A stretch of 59,758 nt of DNA, the filler included, from Candidatus Babelota bacterium (GTDB lineage: Bacteria > JAGOBX01), in NCBI GenBank assembly GCA_017999075.1. It is 8 parts of 8 records of this genome, joined end to end, with 100 filler letters (N's around TTAATTAATTAA, not from the genome) between each part and the next. Parts side by side here need not be neighbours in the genome. Positions count along the whole stretch, not along the records: positions 22,639 to 30,015 come from JAGOBX010000166.1; positions 30,116 to 37,478 come from JAGOBX010000167.1; positions 37,579 to 44,914 come from JAGOBX010000168.1; 5 more parts are not named here. One strand, given 5' to 3'. A model generated the notes under the pieces. That model ran no database searches. It was not told the origin of the DNA and saw only the letters and a list, made by a program, of their open reading frames with translations. The translations under genes and the position numbers were made by a program. Shown here one piece after another: positions 27,133-37,612 of the stretch. Within the stretch, counting starts at the first letter, position 1. Each line of letters opens with the position of its first letter.

Positions 27133-28929
27133 TTATTTTTTTGTAAAACGCGATTTTGCTCTGCGTCCGTCTTTTAAAAGCAGATCCTCGTATATTTGTC
27201 CACGGCCTCTCAGATTATTTTTAATTTCATCTGAAAAAGGCATATTCAGCCAGAATATTTCACGCACTTCTTTTTTCAGTTTTAATTGTCCTTTTGATTC
27301 GCCTTTTATCCATTTGCAGTAATCAGAAACAAAACTTTCTTCAAGGCTGCTTTTAGATGAAACATAAGATTCTTTTGTTTCCGGATCAATCTTATCGCGG
27401 AATGCTTCCCAATACTGATAATAATATCCTGTAAGACCTTCCTCCATCCAGTAGATATCGGCCACTTCTTTGGCAGTACGCCAGCGTAAACTTCCAAGCG
27501 CTTCAAGAACAATTTCACTTAACGGGTTTTCAGGAAGAATAGGAATCGCAACTCTTCCCGGACTTGTTCTTTTATTGCTGTTGTGCCACGGATCCCAGCA
27601 AATAGCATTTTGCGCTGAACACGGTACAAGTATAAAATAAGGTATAATTTTGAATTCAGTAAATTTTTTCTGATCGTTAAGGCGGATTCTTACAAAAAGC
27701 TGGGGATCGATTTTTTCAACGTCGTTTATTATTTTAATTATGTCATTTTTGTTCACTATTCTTCTTTGCATATCTTCGTCTGAAAATATTGAAAGAACAG
27801 GCTGTTTGTTTCCCATGGCTCCGACGCATGTGTTGGTAAGGGCTTTGAACATTTCAAGAATTTCATTTTCGAACAGCAGCTGTTTTCCGATTTCAAGAAT
27901 TTCATTTTCTGATTTAGGAGTGTCGAAATCAATGTCTGTGTTTTTTTTTGCGTCTTTTTTAAGGTTTTCAAAATATGTGATTCCGAGAAACATTGCCAGC
28001 GAATTATAATAATTTTCTTCGGAATTTGTATTAAGATTTTTCAGGCGGTTATGAAATCCTTTTACTCTTCTGAATTCCTGAACAAGTATATCGTTATAGG
28101 TAGGCGGTATAATTCCGTTATATATGAGTTTAAGCCATTCGTCTGCATAAAACACGTTTTTCGTTTTTTCGAATTGAGCAGTTTTTTTGATATTGTCTAT
28201 TATTGCATCAAGGGCATTTATTGAAAGCCAGTCTTTGGTAAGGATTGAACGGAATCTTAAAAAAGCCAATGTTTCAATAGAATTTTCGTTGGTTTTTACA
28301 AATTTTTTTGCTATTTCAGTATAGAATTTCCAGAACCCTTTTATAAGTTTTGTTAACCTGTTTCTTTTTTCATCTTTGATTTTTTCCTGATCAGTTCCGG
28401 GAACTTCTTTATTATATTCTTCGATTAATTTTATGTATTCATTCAGTTCTTTATAATCAATATCTGATGTCAGTGTTTTTATGGGATTAACAGATAAATC
28501 CTTGACAAACCTTGAAGTTTCAGTAATTGTAATTTGTTTTCCGGCAGTTCCGCCGCTTTCAATAATATCTTTTAATATAGCGTCTATATGATGAATATTT
28601 TTTTCTGAAAAATAATAATCGCATGAATCTTTTAAGATTTTTTCAGTGGAAGCATTTATATTTTGAGTCATTCCTATAAATTTAACAGGTGCTGCAAGAA
28701 GCTGATTGTTTTTTTTTAGCTGAATAAGTATATCAATCCCCTGGATAGTTTGTTCGACAAAAAAAGGGTCAATGAAAATCATGAATGGTTTCTGCGAAAT
28801 ATATTCCTGGAGAGCCTCTGAAATCGTCAAGGGATTAGTTATCTCAAAATTATATTTCTCAATATATTCCAAAACTTTTTTTTTGAATAATTCATTGAAA
28901 CATACAATCATTATATTAATGTTATTCAT
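27133..28929 (-). CDS. REC-like N-terminus fused to an aromatic-rich domain of unknown function
   Basis: N-terminal KPFMIFID REC-like segment; C-terminal ICWDPW...GRVAIP...LRWRTAKE...YWMEEGLTGYYYQYW. Confidence 0.7.
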   Translation of the reverse strand: MNNINIMIVCFNELFKKKVLEYIEKYNFEITNPLTISEALQEYISQKPFMIFIDPFFVEQTIQGIDILIQLKKNNQLLAAPVKFIGMTQNINASTEKILKDSCDYYFSEKNIHHIDAILKDIIESGGTAGKQITITETSRFVKDLSVNPIKTLTSDIDYKELNEYIKLIEEYNKEVPGTDQEKIKDEKRNRLTKLIKGFWKFYTEIAKKFVKTNENSIETLAFLRFRSILTKDWLSINALDAIIDNIKKTAQFEKTKNVFYADEWLKLIYNGIIPPTYNDILVQEFRRVKGFHNRLKNLNTNSEENYYNSLAMFLGITYFENLKKDAKKNTDIDFDTPKSENEILEIGKQLLFENEILEMFKALTNTCVGAMGNKQPVLSIFSDEDMQRRIVNKNDIIKIINDVEKIDPQLFVRIRLNDQKKFTEFKIIPYFILVPCSAQNAICWDPWHNSNKRTSPGRVAIPILPENPLSEIVLEALGSLRWRTAKEVADIYWMEEGLTGYYYQYWEAFRDKIDPETKESYVSSKSSLEESFVSDYCKWIKGESKGQLKLKKEVREIFWLNMPFSDEIKNNLRGRGQIYEDLLLKDGRRAKSRFTKK

Positions 28930-28966
28930 ATAAAATAAGAATCTCCTTAAATTTTAATTGACTGAA

Positions 28967-29003
28967 GCGTTAACTCTGAAAGAATGTTGTGCAGAGTTAA
29001 CGC
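28967..29003. terminator. 12-bp inverted repeat downstream of the cyclase-family gene
   Basis: GCGTTAACTCTG (28967-28978) / CAGAGTTAACGC (28992-29003). Confidence 0.55.
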
Positions 29004-29021
29004 GATTTTTTAGTTGCAGAA

Positions 29022-29810
29022 TTATTTGTTGAATTCGAATGCCACAAATCTGCCTATACATGATTCGAGTTCAATCGCCCTCCATAAAAAAGCGCCGATC
29101 CATACTCTTTTATTTTTAAGTTTATCAATCTCGCCTCCAATATTTTCGGCGTGCACCAATTTTCTAGGGAATAATTTCAGATGCATAATCTGATAATATT
29201 TTTCTAATGGAAACATTTCGTCCCATGATTTGCCGTAGTTTTTTTTAAGTTTATTTTCAGCTTCTAAAAAAAGTTTCGGATGCCATGTTCTTAATATTGT
29301 GTTCATAGGATGATCAGCGCTTCCGCAATCTACCCCAATCCATTTGAATTTCATTGATAATGCCCAATCAGCGAAATCAGGAGATGGTCCCGGATGTTTG
29401 ACCATATATCTTACTTCATCTGATTCAGGCTGATCCCATCCGTATTTATGGTAACCGGTATTAATAATAAGAATATCGCCTTTTTTTATCTTCGCGCGTT
29501 TCATAAGCATTTCAGGAGTGTATAAATCATAATCTCCCACAGAATCAGATATATCAACAACAACTCCGTCGCCGCACCATTCATCAAGAGGAACATCTCC
29601 TATAGTTCTGCCGCTTGCAAAAAAATGTATTTCACCATCCATATGAGTGCCGACGTGGTTGCTTGTAGTTATTATCTGGCCATTTGCTCCTTGTCCCATA
29701 TGAGCGCCGGCCAACCTTTTAAAATACTGAATTTGAAGAGGCACATAACTTGGCCATGGCGGAGTATGAATACTTAACCGTTGAGTCAAATCATACATTT
29801 TAACTTTCAT
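29022..29810 (-). CDS. Cyclase family / kynurenine formamidase-like metal hydrolase
   Basis: HVGTHMDGEIH (HxGTHxDxxxH), GDILIINTG, IGVDCGSADH and HAENI motifs; start MKVKM at 29810 after a G-rich RBS. Confidence 0.9.
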   Translation of the reverse strand: MKVKMYDLTQRLSIHTPPWPSYVPLQIQYFKRLAGAHMGQGANGQIITTSNHVGTHMDGEIHFFASGRTIGDVPLDEWCGDGVVVDISDSVGDYDLYTPEMLMKRAKIKKGDILIINTGYHKYGWDQPESDEVRYMVKHPGPSPDFADWALSMKFKWIGVDCGSADHPMNTILRTWHPKLFLEAENKLKKNYGKSWDEMFPLEKYYQIMHLKLFPRKLVHAENIGGEIDKLKNKRVWIGAFLWRAIELESCIGRFVAFEFNK

Positions 29811-30015
29811 TATTGAATTTCCCCCTTTAATAAAATTTATGAAAAACACAAAATGCAGAATAAACTTTACAGAAATAATTATTTATTATTGCTGTATTTT
29901 TAAATAACGGGATAAACTTATCCGCTGTAAAATTTATGATTTTATTACATTTTGCATTTTTCATGAAAATTTGAGTATATTCTATTTTTATAATTCTTAT
30001 ATGTCAAGTTTGTTT

Positions 30016-30115
30016 NNNNNNNNNNNNNNNNNNNNNNNNNNNNNNNNNNNNNNNNNNNNTTAATTAATTAANNNNNNNNNNNNNNNNNNNNNNNNNNNNN
30101 NNNNNNNNNNNNNNN
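30016..30115. other. Artificial contig linker
   Basis: N44-TTAATTAATTAA-N44. Confidence 0.99.
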
Positions 30116-31200
30116 CTGTTATACATCGCGCTGATTTGTTGGCGTATTTGATTAATAATAATAAAGGCGTATCAGTTGCAGGGACTTCAGGAAAATCTAC
30201 TACCGCAGGAATAACAGGGTTTTTATTAAAAAAATGCGGAATACCAGTAAATATTATTACTGGCGCCGCAATAAAAAATATTGAAGAAAATATCGAACCT
30301 TTGAATTGTGTTACTGGAGACTCAGATGTGTTTGTTATAGAAACTGATGAAAGTGACGGAAGCATAGTAAAGTTTAAACCTCATTTCTCATTACTCACCA
30401 ACATATCAAAAGATCATAAAACAATAGAAGAACTTTTTATACTTTTTCAGGAATATATTGATAATACAAAAGAAAAAGTTTTTATAAATAAAGACGATCA
30501 GTTATCAATGAAACTTAATTTACCGAAAAAAAATGTATTCTATATAGGAACAGATAAATCATCGGATTACAATATATCTGATATAATTGAAACCAGAACA
30601 GGTTCTGAATTTAAACTTAACGGAAAATCATATAAAATTAATATTCCTGGCGTTTATAACGTTTATAATTCCGCGTTTGGAATTGCAGTAGCTCAAAATT
30701 TTAAGTTTGAATATGATGAGATCTCTTCAGTTTTAGAAAAGTTTGAAGGAGTTGAAGATAGGTTTGACTGTATTAGAAAAGAAAATCCGCTTGTAGCATT
30801 TGACTATGCGCATAATCCCGCTAAGATAAATTCGCTTCTGCAGTTTGTAATAAAATTTTACGGAAGAACATTATTTATTTATCAGCCTCACGGGTTTCAG
30901 CCGACTTTATTTTTGAAGAATGAATTGTATGATGTTTTCGGAAATTATTTTATAGGTGAAAATAAATTAATTTTGAAACCTATATTTTATGCCGGAGGTT
31001 CTGCAGAAAAAAAAATTTCTTCTGAAGAAATTGTAAAAGAGTTAAAAAATAAAGAAATTAATGTTGAATATGCGGCTGATGATAATTTTATAATTGATTA
31101 TATAAATAAAAATAAAAAATTATATGATGCTGTTATTATTGCCGGCGCCAGAGATAAGAATTTAAAACAACTGTGTGATATAATTAATAAGTTATTTTGA
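30116..31200 (+). CDS. MurC-like UDP-N-acetylmuramate--amino acid ligase (5' truncated)
   Basis: VIHRADLLA, VAGTSGKSTT, ETDESDGS, DYAHNP and YQPHG motifs. Confidence 0.85.
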
Positions 31201-31269
31201 CCGTGAAAATATCAATTTTTTCCTTGAAAAAATTTAAAAACTTGGAATCTTATATTTATTGAATATAAA

Positions 31270-31602
31270 TTAATCAAATTTTTTTCTTTTCAATTCCAGA
31301 TTTTTTGAGTAAAGCGATTCCCATTTTGATATTTTTGAGTTTATATAATCGAATTTTGTTTTTAATGACGAATCAAGATCTACGCCATATAAATTCGCAA
31401 GTTCAAATACGCAAACCATCACATCGCAAAGTTCAGCTTTTATTTTATCTGTTCCTGTATCTTGACCGTAAATTTCTTTTTCCATAATTTCTTTGCCTAA
31501 TTCACCGGTTTCCTCAGTTAGGGCAATGTATGCTCCTATACGAGGATGAGATATATTTTTGAATAATACTGATACAGTATCCTGGCATTCTTTTATGTTC
31601 AT
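31270..31602 (-). CDS. MazG-like nucleotide pyrophosphohydrolase
   Basis: LTEETGELGKE...AELCDV (EExGE...ExxD). Confidence 0.85.
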   Translation of the reverse strand: MNIKECQDTVSVLFKNISHPRIGAYIALTEETGELGKEIMEKEIYGQDTGTDKIKAELCDVMVCVFELANLYGVDLDSSLKTKFDYINSKISKWESLYSKNLELKRKKFD

Positions 31603-31701
31603 ATCAAAAACTCCTTAAAAAATACATTTATATTAATTATTGCTTGAATCCAATTATTTAAATAATTTTGAGGCTTGTTATTTTTGTTGCCTCAAAAAAA
31701 A

Positions 31702-33192
31702 TTATGAATATTCGATTTTTTTTTCTGGAAACCTTGTTTTATTATTTTTTTGGAACTGGATTCCTTTTTTAAAACTTAATTTTATACCGGAAATTAAAAA
31801 TATATTGTCACGTATTTCTAACAATTTATAACGCAGCCATAACTTGTAATTTTTGTTTTTAAACAAGAAAAAACACCTGATTTTATTTAAAAAAATCTGC
31901 AGTTTCAGGTAAGGCTGTTCTTTTAAATAAAAGGGAGAGCTTTTATCCGATACCCAGTAATTTTCTGAAATATAACCTGATTTAAGGCAGTTCTTGTATA
32001 ATTCTGTTCCAGGAAAAATTGTAAGAATACCCCATCCGCCTGAAGAAGGTTTGGCTGTTTTTAAAATGTTTAACGTTTCACTGATAGTTGTATTGTTTTC
32101 ACCTTGATTGCCTACCATCAGAAAAATGTCGGGAATAATGTTATATTTTTCTGCAGATTTCACGGCATTAATTATTTCTGACTGAGAAATATGTTTATTA
32201 ATATTTTTTAATATTACAGGAGAACCGGATTCAACTCCGTAATTAATTGCAAAACATCCGGATTTTTTCATCAATGAAAGCATTTCATCATCTATTGTTT
32301 TTACATTTGTTTCGCAAATCCAGCAGATATCCATATTTTTTTTGATTATTCCGTTGCAGATTTCCATCACCCTATTTTTGTTTATGGTAAATGCGTCGTC
32401 TATAATATTGATAAATTTCACATCGTGATTTTTATATAGATATTCAATTTCTTCGATTACATTTTCTGCGCTTCTGTATCGAACCTTATTTCCCCAGAAT
32501 GCAGAAGTTGAACAATATGAGCATTTGAAAGGACAGCCGCGGGATGTAATAATCGACATTGATTTAAGTTCGCTGATTTTTTTGCCTTTAAAGGAAAATC
32601 TATCATCGTAATGGTTAAACTTGATTAAATCGTTTGGCAATGTTTCAAATTTCGGATATGGAAATTCGTCGAGATTTAGTAATGGTTCGCGTTTTTCTGT
32701 TATTATTGTTTTACCGTTTTTTATAAAACATAACCCGTTTATTTTTTCAAAATCATCCTGATGATTTTTTAATTTGCCGAGTAGTTCAGTGAAAGTAAGT
32801 TCTCCTTCGCCTAAAACTATAAAATCAATAAAATTGTTATTTTCAATTGTTTGAACTGGCAGAGCAGTTACATGAGGTCCGCCAAGTACGGATATTATTT
32901 TAGGATTGATTGTTTTAATGGTTTTAATAAACTTATAAACAAGCGCTCTTCGGTCGGTATAACATGAAATTCCTATTAAATCAGGAGATATTGAAACAAT
33001 TTTATCTGCCGCTTCATTAAAAGTACATTTAGTTAAATTATAAACATAAATATCAATGTCATTTAATTTTTTTAAAGCATATTCTTTTAAATAATATAAT
33101 CCAAGCGATGGAAAAATAATTTCTTTGTGCAATTTTGTGTAACCGTTGTCAACATCTTCGGTTATAGGAATATCAATTAAAATAACTTTCAT
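31702..33192 (-). CDS. B12-binding radical SAM protein
   Basis: GGPHVT and LGEGE (B12 domain); TSRGCPFKCSYC (CxxxCxxC); GVESGS. Confidence 0.92.
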   Translation of the reverse strand: MKVILIDIPITEDVDNGYTKLHKEIIFPSLGLYYLKEYALKKLNDIDIYVYNLTKCTFNEAADKIVSISPDLIGISCYTDRRALVYKFIKTIKTINPKIISVLGGPHVTALPVQTIENNNFIDFIVLGEGELTFTELLGKLKNHQDDFEKINGLCFIKNGKTIITEKREPLLNLDEFPYPKFETLPNDLIKFNHYDDRFSFKGKKISELKSMSIITSRGCPFKCSYCSTSAFWGNKVRYRSAENVIEEIEYLYKNHDVKFINIIDDAFTINKNRVMEICNGIIKKNMDICWICETNVKTIDDEMLSLMKKSGCFAINYGVESGSPVILKNINKHISQSEIINAVKSAEKYNIIPDIFLMVGNQGENNTTISETLNILKTAKPSSGGWGILTIFPGTELYKNCLKSGYISENYWVSDKSSPFYLKEQPYLKLQIFLNKIRCFFLFKNKNYKLWLRYKLLEIRDNIFLISGIKLSFKKGIQFQKNNKTRFPEKKIEYS

Positions 33193-33269
33193 TCACTCTA
33201 TTTTAACTGAAATAATAAATATTTCAATTTTTATTTGCAGTTTTAAAAAAAAAAAGTAATATTTTTACA

Positions 33270-34400
33270 ATGAAAAAAATTTTTATTATTACCGGAGAAC
33301 AATCCGGAGATATGCATGGAGCAGCGTTAGTAGAATCTTTGAAAAAATTTTCAAAAGAAGAAATAGAGTTTCATTGCATAGGCGGGAATTTTTTGAAACA
33401 GCAGGGCGCTGTAATATTCAAGTCAATAGAGCAGCTCTCTGTGATAGGAATAATTGAAGTTATAAAAAAAATTTTCTTTTTCAAGAAATTATTGAATGAA
33501 ACCATAAGGTATATACTTAAGCTTCAGCCTGACGTGATTATATTTATTGATTATCCCGGATTTAACCTGAAACTTGCAGAAAAACTAAAATCATATTCTG
33601 ATATAAAATCAAAACTTGTTTATTACATTTCTCCTCAAATATGGGCGTGGCATACTTCTCGGGTATATAAAATAAATTCGTTGATGGATAAAATACTTGT
33701 GATTTTCAGGTTTGAAAAAGAATTTTATGAAAAATATGTTGTGAATAACGGTAAAATTGTTTTTGTCGGACACCCGCTTTTAAAACGTATTAATCCTGAA
33801 TTTTATTATGAAAATAAAAATATTCGTAAAAAAATTATTGCCCTGCTTCCGGGAAGCAGGGTTAATGAAATAATAAAAATTTTACCATGCATGATAGAAG
33901 TTTCAAAAAAAATACTATCGGAATTTCCAGAATATAAAATTATTGTATCTGCATCAGATATTAATAAAATAAGTTTGATAAAGAAATATTTGAAAAATGC
34001 CGGCAGTAATTTTTTTGTTATAGCTGGAAATACTTATTCTATAATTCAAAATTCGGAATGTGTAATAGTATCTTCAGGAACAGCTACTTTAGAAACAGGA
34101 ATTATCGGAGCTCCTATGATACCTGTTTATAAAGTTAATTATTTTACAGGACTTCTTGGAAAAATGGTTATAAAAATAAAGAATATTGCACTTATAAATA
34201 TTGTATTGAATAAAACTGTAGTTAAAGAATTTATACAGGATAATATGAAATCTGATTTGCTCTATCCAGAAGTGAAAAAAATTTTAACAGATAAAAAATA
34301 TGCGGAATCCATACATCATGAACTGATTAAATCAAGAGAAATTTTGAAATTGGATTCTAAAAGTTTTCCCGCATATAAAGAAATTATGGAAATTTTATAA
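33270..34400 (+). CDS. lpxB: Lipid-A-disaccharide synthase
   Basis: TGEQSGD, IDYPGFN, YYISPQIWAW, VGHPL, LLPGSR and SGTATLE motifs. Confidence 0.95.
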   Translation: MKKIFIITGEQSGDMHGAALVESLKKFSKEEIEFHCIGGNFLKQQGAVIFKSIEQLSVIGIIEVIKKIFFFKKLLNETIRYILKLQPDVIIFIDYPGFNLKLAEKLKSYSDIKSKLVYYISPQIWAWHTSRVYKINSLMDKILVIFRFEKEFYEKYVVNNGKIVFVGHPLLKRINPEFYYENKNIRKKIIALLPGSRVNEIIKILPCMIEVSKKILSEFPEYKIIVSASDINKISLIKKYLKNAGSNFFVIAGNTYSIIQNSECVIVSSGTATLETGIIGAPMIPVYKVNYFTGLLGKMVIKIKNIALINIVLNKTVVKEFIQDNMKSDLLYPEVKKILTDKKYAESIHHELIKSREILKLDSKSFPAYKEIMEIL

Positions 34401-34480
34401 TCTTAAATATATTGCAGCAGTCATTAAGAAATATAACTGAAATATGTTCAAAATTATAAAATTTCCTTGAAAATTTAAAT

Positions 34481-36376
34481 CTATTGCTTGGCATTTACAG
34501 CCATATTAACTGTTTCTTTCATTATATCCATTATTCTTGAAGTGAAATCTGCAGGCTCTATTCCTGATATACCGTCAATCATCTGAGCGCTGTCGAATAA
34601 CTGAATACATATATTTTTTAATAAATCCGATTCTTTATTCAGAATATAAAGTTTTGTCAATCCTTTTATCAATTGGTTTTTAGGATTTATTTGAAGAATT
34701 TTTTTGCTTGTTTTAAAATCTTTATTCATCATCTGAAGAATTTTTTGTATATGCGAACTCATATTATCTGGATTGACAAGGCAGCAGGGAGAATCTGTTA
34801 ATCTATCTGTTTCGATTACGGTTATAACTTTATCGCCAAGCGTATCCCTATAGAATTTAAGGAAATCTTCAAACTCATTTTTTTCTTCTTTAGAAAGTTT
34901 TTGTTCCTGGTTATCAGAATCTTCTGATTTTATATTTTTCACAAAATCAAGGTTTGAGTTATCTATAGATTTGAATTCCATATCTTCAAATTTCATAAGA
35001 GACGAAAGTATAATTTCATCGATTGGTTCGGTTAAAAATAAAACATCGACATTTTTCTTTTTAAATATTTCAAGATAAGGACTTTTTTCAATATTTTTTT
35101 TATCTGTCCCTGAAATGAAATATATTTCTTTTTGACCTTCTTTTTTAGACTCAATATATTCCTTTAATGTAATTATTTTATTGTCCGGTGCAAGCAATGT
35201 GTTGAATAATAAAAGAGCCGCAAGTTTTTCTCTGTTTGAAAAATCAGAATTAACGCCTTCTTTTAATTCTCTGCTGAATTCTTTATAGAAAATTTCATAT
35301 TTAGGTCTATCTGTATTTATCATTGAATCGAGTTCATTAATGACACTTTTAATTATTACATTTTTGATTTTCTGAACAACAGAATTGTTTTGAATAGTTT
35401 CACGAGAAATGTTTAGAGGTATATCAGGAGAATCAACAATTCCTTTTATAAACCTGAAATATGAAGGAAGTAAATCTTTGCATTCTTCCTGAATCAATAC
35501 TTTATTTGAATACAAACTTAAACCATAATCTTTTTCAGGCATACCGAAAAGATTATAATTTTTTTCAGGGCAGTATATAAGCATATAAAATTGTATAGGA
35601 GCGTCGGAATGTTTGTGAATTTTAAACATTGGAGTTTCAGAACTGTGAGATATGAATTTATAAAATTCTTTGTATTCTTCATCTTTAACCTGCGAAGCCT
35701 GTTTGGTCCATATAGCTTCAATTTCATTTGCTTTTTCATTCTCAATATAAACAGGATATCTTAAAAAATTGGAATATTTTTTTATTACATTTTTTACCCG
35801 TTCTTTTTCAAGAAATTCTTGTTCTTCATCTTTCAGATAAACAATAACTTCTGTACCTCTGTCTTTTTTTTCTGTTTCTTCAAGCGTATATGAATTTGAA
35901 CCGTCACAGCTCCATTTATACGCGGGTTCATCTTTAATGTAAGATTTTGTGATTACTTCTATTTTTTTTGCAACAATGAATGATGAATAAAACCCAACGC
36001 CGAATTGTCCTATTATGTCTTCAATATTTTTTCCTTCTTTCGACATATTTTCAATAAAAGTTTTTGTTCCTGATTTTGCTATTGTACCGATATTTTCTAT
36101 AAGTTCGGATTTTGTCATACCGATTCCGGTATCTTTGACAATTATTGATTTTTCCGATTTGTCAAATTCTATCCGCACACATAATTCTGAACCTGCTCCA
36201 TAAACTTTGTCTTCATTAGTCAGCAGTAAATAATTTATTTTATTTAATGCGTCAGAAGCGTTTGAAACAAGTTCTCTTATGAAAATCTCTTTATTGGTAT
36301 AAAGAGAATAGGCTAAGATATGAAGTAATTGTTTTACTTCCGCCTGAAATTCGAATTTTTCATTTTTTGGTTCCAT
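34481..36376 (-). CDS. htpG: Chaperone HtpG (Hsp90)
   Basis: FQAEVKQLL, FIRELVSNASDA, IGQFGVGFYS and LNISRE motifs. Confidence 0.97.
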   Translation of the reverse strand: MEPKNEKFEFQAEVKQLLHILAYSLYTNKEIFIRELVSNASDALNKINYLLLTNEDKVYGAGSELCVRIEFDKSEKSIIVKDTGIGMTKSELIENIGTIAKSGTKTFIENMSKEGKNIEDIIGQFGVGFYSSFIVAKKIEVITKSYIKDEPAYKWSCDGSNSYTLEETEKKDRGTEVIVYLKDEEQEFLEKERVKNVIKKYSNFLRYPVYIENEKANEIEAIWTKQASQVKDEEYKEFYKFISHSSETPMFKIHKHSDAPIQFYMLIYCPEKNYNLFGMPEKDYGLSLYSNKVLIQEECKDLLPSYFRFIKGIVDSPDIPLNISRETIQNNSVVQKIKNVIIKSVINELDSMINTDRPKYEIFYKEFSRELKEGVNSDFSNREKLAALLLFNTLLAPDNKIITLKEYIESKKEGQKEIYFISGTDKKNIEKSPYLEIFKKKNVDVLFLTEPIDEIILSSLMKFEDMEFKSIDNSNLDFVKNIKSEDSDNQEQKLSKEEKNEFEDFLKFYRDTLGDKVITVIETDRLTDSPCCLVNPDNMSSHIQKILQMMNKDFKTSKKILQINPKNQLIKGLTKLYILNKESDLLKNICIQLFDSAQMIDGISGIEPADFTSRIMDIMKETVNMAVNAKQ

Positions 36377-36400
36377 AATAAAATATATCTCCTTAAAAAA

Positions 36401-37462
36401 TTAAAATTGTAATCTTTCAGGATGAAATCCTGAAATTTCGTTTATTTTTTGATATAATTCTTTTTCTTTTGAACTTAAAGTTTTAGGCAGGTTTATTCTT
36501 AATTCAAGATAAATATCGCTTCTGCCTGAAACAGTATTAAACCCTTTTCCCGCCAATCTCAGCCTTTTTCCTCCTGATGAACATTCGGGAATTTTTATTT
36601 TTACTTTTCCGATAGGAAGTTCCAGAATAAGTTCAATACCAAGCGCTGCTTCTGCAGGAGTAATGTTCAGCTGTATGATTATGTCATCTCCTTCCAGTCG
36701 GAAAGTCCCATTGTTTATTATATTTACAGTCAAATATAAATCGCCTGAAATTCTGCTGTTGATTTTTTTCCCCAGACCTTTCAGCTTTATTTTCTGACAG
36801 GGTTTTACTCCAGGCGGAATTTTAACTTTTATATTTGAATTGTTTATTTCATATATTTTTTCGCATCCCATAAGAGCTTCTTTTAAGGTTATATGTATAT
36901 CCGCATAGATATCTGCTTGAGATTTATTTTGTTTTTCCGAAGCGCTGCAATAATTATTTTTGGAAGAATAGTTTTCTCCTGTGTAATCTTCTGATGAATT
37001 TCCGAAATCTCCGTAACCGCTAAAACTATCAGTGTCAGTTCCGAAAAAAGTTTTGAAAAAATCGCTGAATCCGTCAAACCCTGCATCTGAACTTGAATAA
37101 GAATATGTTTTTGAAGTTTTTTTTCTGTTCCCCTGTTTTTTTCTGCTGAAATTGAATTGGTCTCCGAATATTTCGTTTAAATCATCGTAAGAATAATATT
37201 GTCCTCCGCCCTGGTGAGAAGTTTTATGCTGCTCAACTTTATCCCAGTTCTCGCCGAGCGCGTCGTATTTTTTACGTTTATCAGCATCGCCGAGAACCTG
37301 ATAAGCTTCGTTTAATTCTTTAAATTTTTTTTCAGATTCTTTATTGTTCTGATTTTTATCAGGGTGATACTTTACCGCCAGTTTTTTAAACGCTTTTTTT
37401 ATTTCGTCCTGAGATGCGTTTTTATTTACACCCAATATCTTATAATAATCGTTAAATTGCAT
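36401..37462 (-). CDS. DnaJ class B chaperone (CbpA-like, no Zn finger)
   Basis: [13 protein letters not shown]-rich linker with FSDFF, C-terminal DnaJ domain, no CxxCxGxG repeats. Confidence 0.9.
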   Translation of the reverse strand: MQFNDYYKILGVNKNASQDEIKKAFKKLAVKYHPDKNQNNKESEKKFKELNEAYQVLGDADKRKKYDALGENWDKVEQHKTSHQGGGQYYSYDDLNEIFGDQFNFSRKKQGNRKKTSKTYSYSSSDAGFDGFSDFFKTFFGTDTDSFSGYGDFGNSSEDYTGENYSSKNNYCSASEKQNKSQADIYADIHITLKEALMGCEKIYEINNSNIKVKIPPGVKPCQKIKLKGLGKKINSRISGDLYLTVNIINNGTFRLEGDDIIIQLNITPAEAALGIELILELPIGKVKIKIPECSSGGKRLRLAGKGFNTVSGRSDIYLELRINLPKTLSSKEKELYQKINEISGFHPERLQF

Positions 37463-37478
37463 TTGTTTTACACCTTTT

Positions 37479-37578
37479 NNNNNNNNNNNNNNNNNNNNNN
37501 NNNNNNNNNNNNNNNNNNNNNNTTAATTAATTAANNNNNNNNNNNNNNNNNNNNNNNNNNNNNNNNNNNNNNNNNNNN
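37479..37578. other. Artificial contig linker
   Basis: N44-TTAATTAATTAA-N44. Confidence 0.99.
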
Positions 37579-37612
37579 TATATTTTTGATGGTTAGTCAA
37601 ACAAAATTAACT

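Noticed and set aside
28967-29003. attC- or REP-like element (GTTAAC arms)
   Set aside because: Single 37-bp inverted repeat with no second copy seen; a simple terminator or stabilising hairpin suffices.
31270-31602. MazG-like gene as an anti-phage or abortive-infection component
   Set aside because: It sits among housekeeping genes with no defence or mobile context; a house-cleaning role is sufficient.
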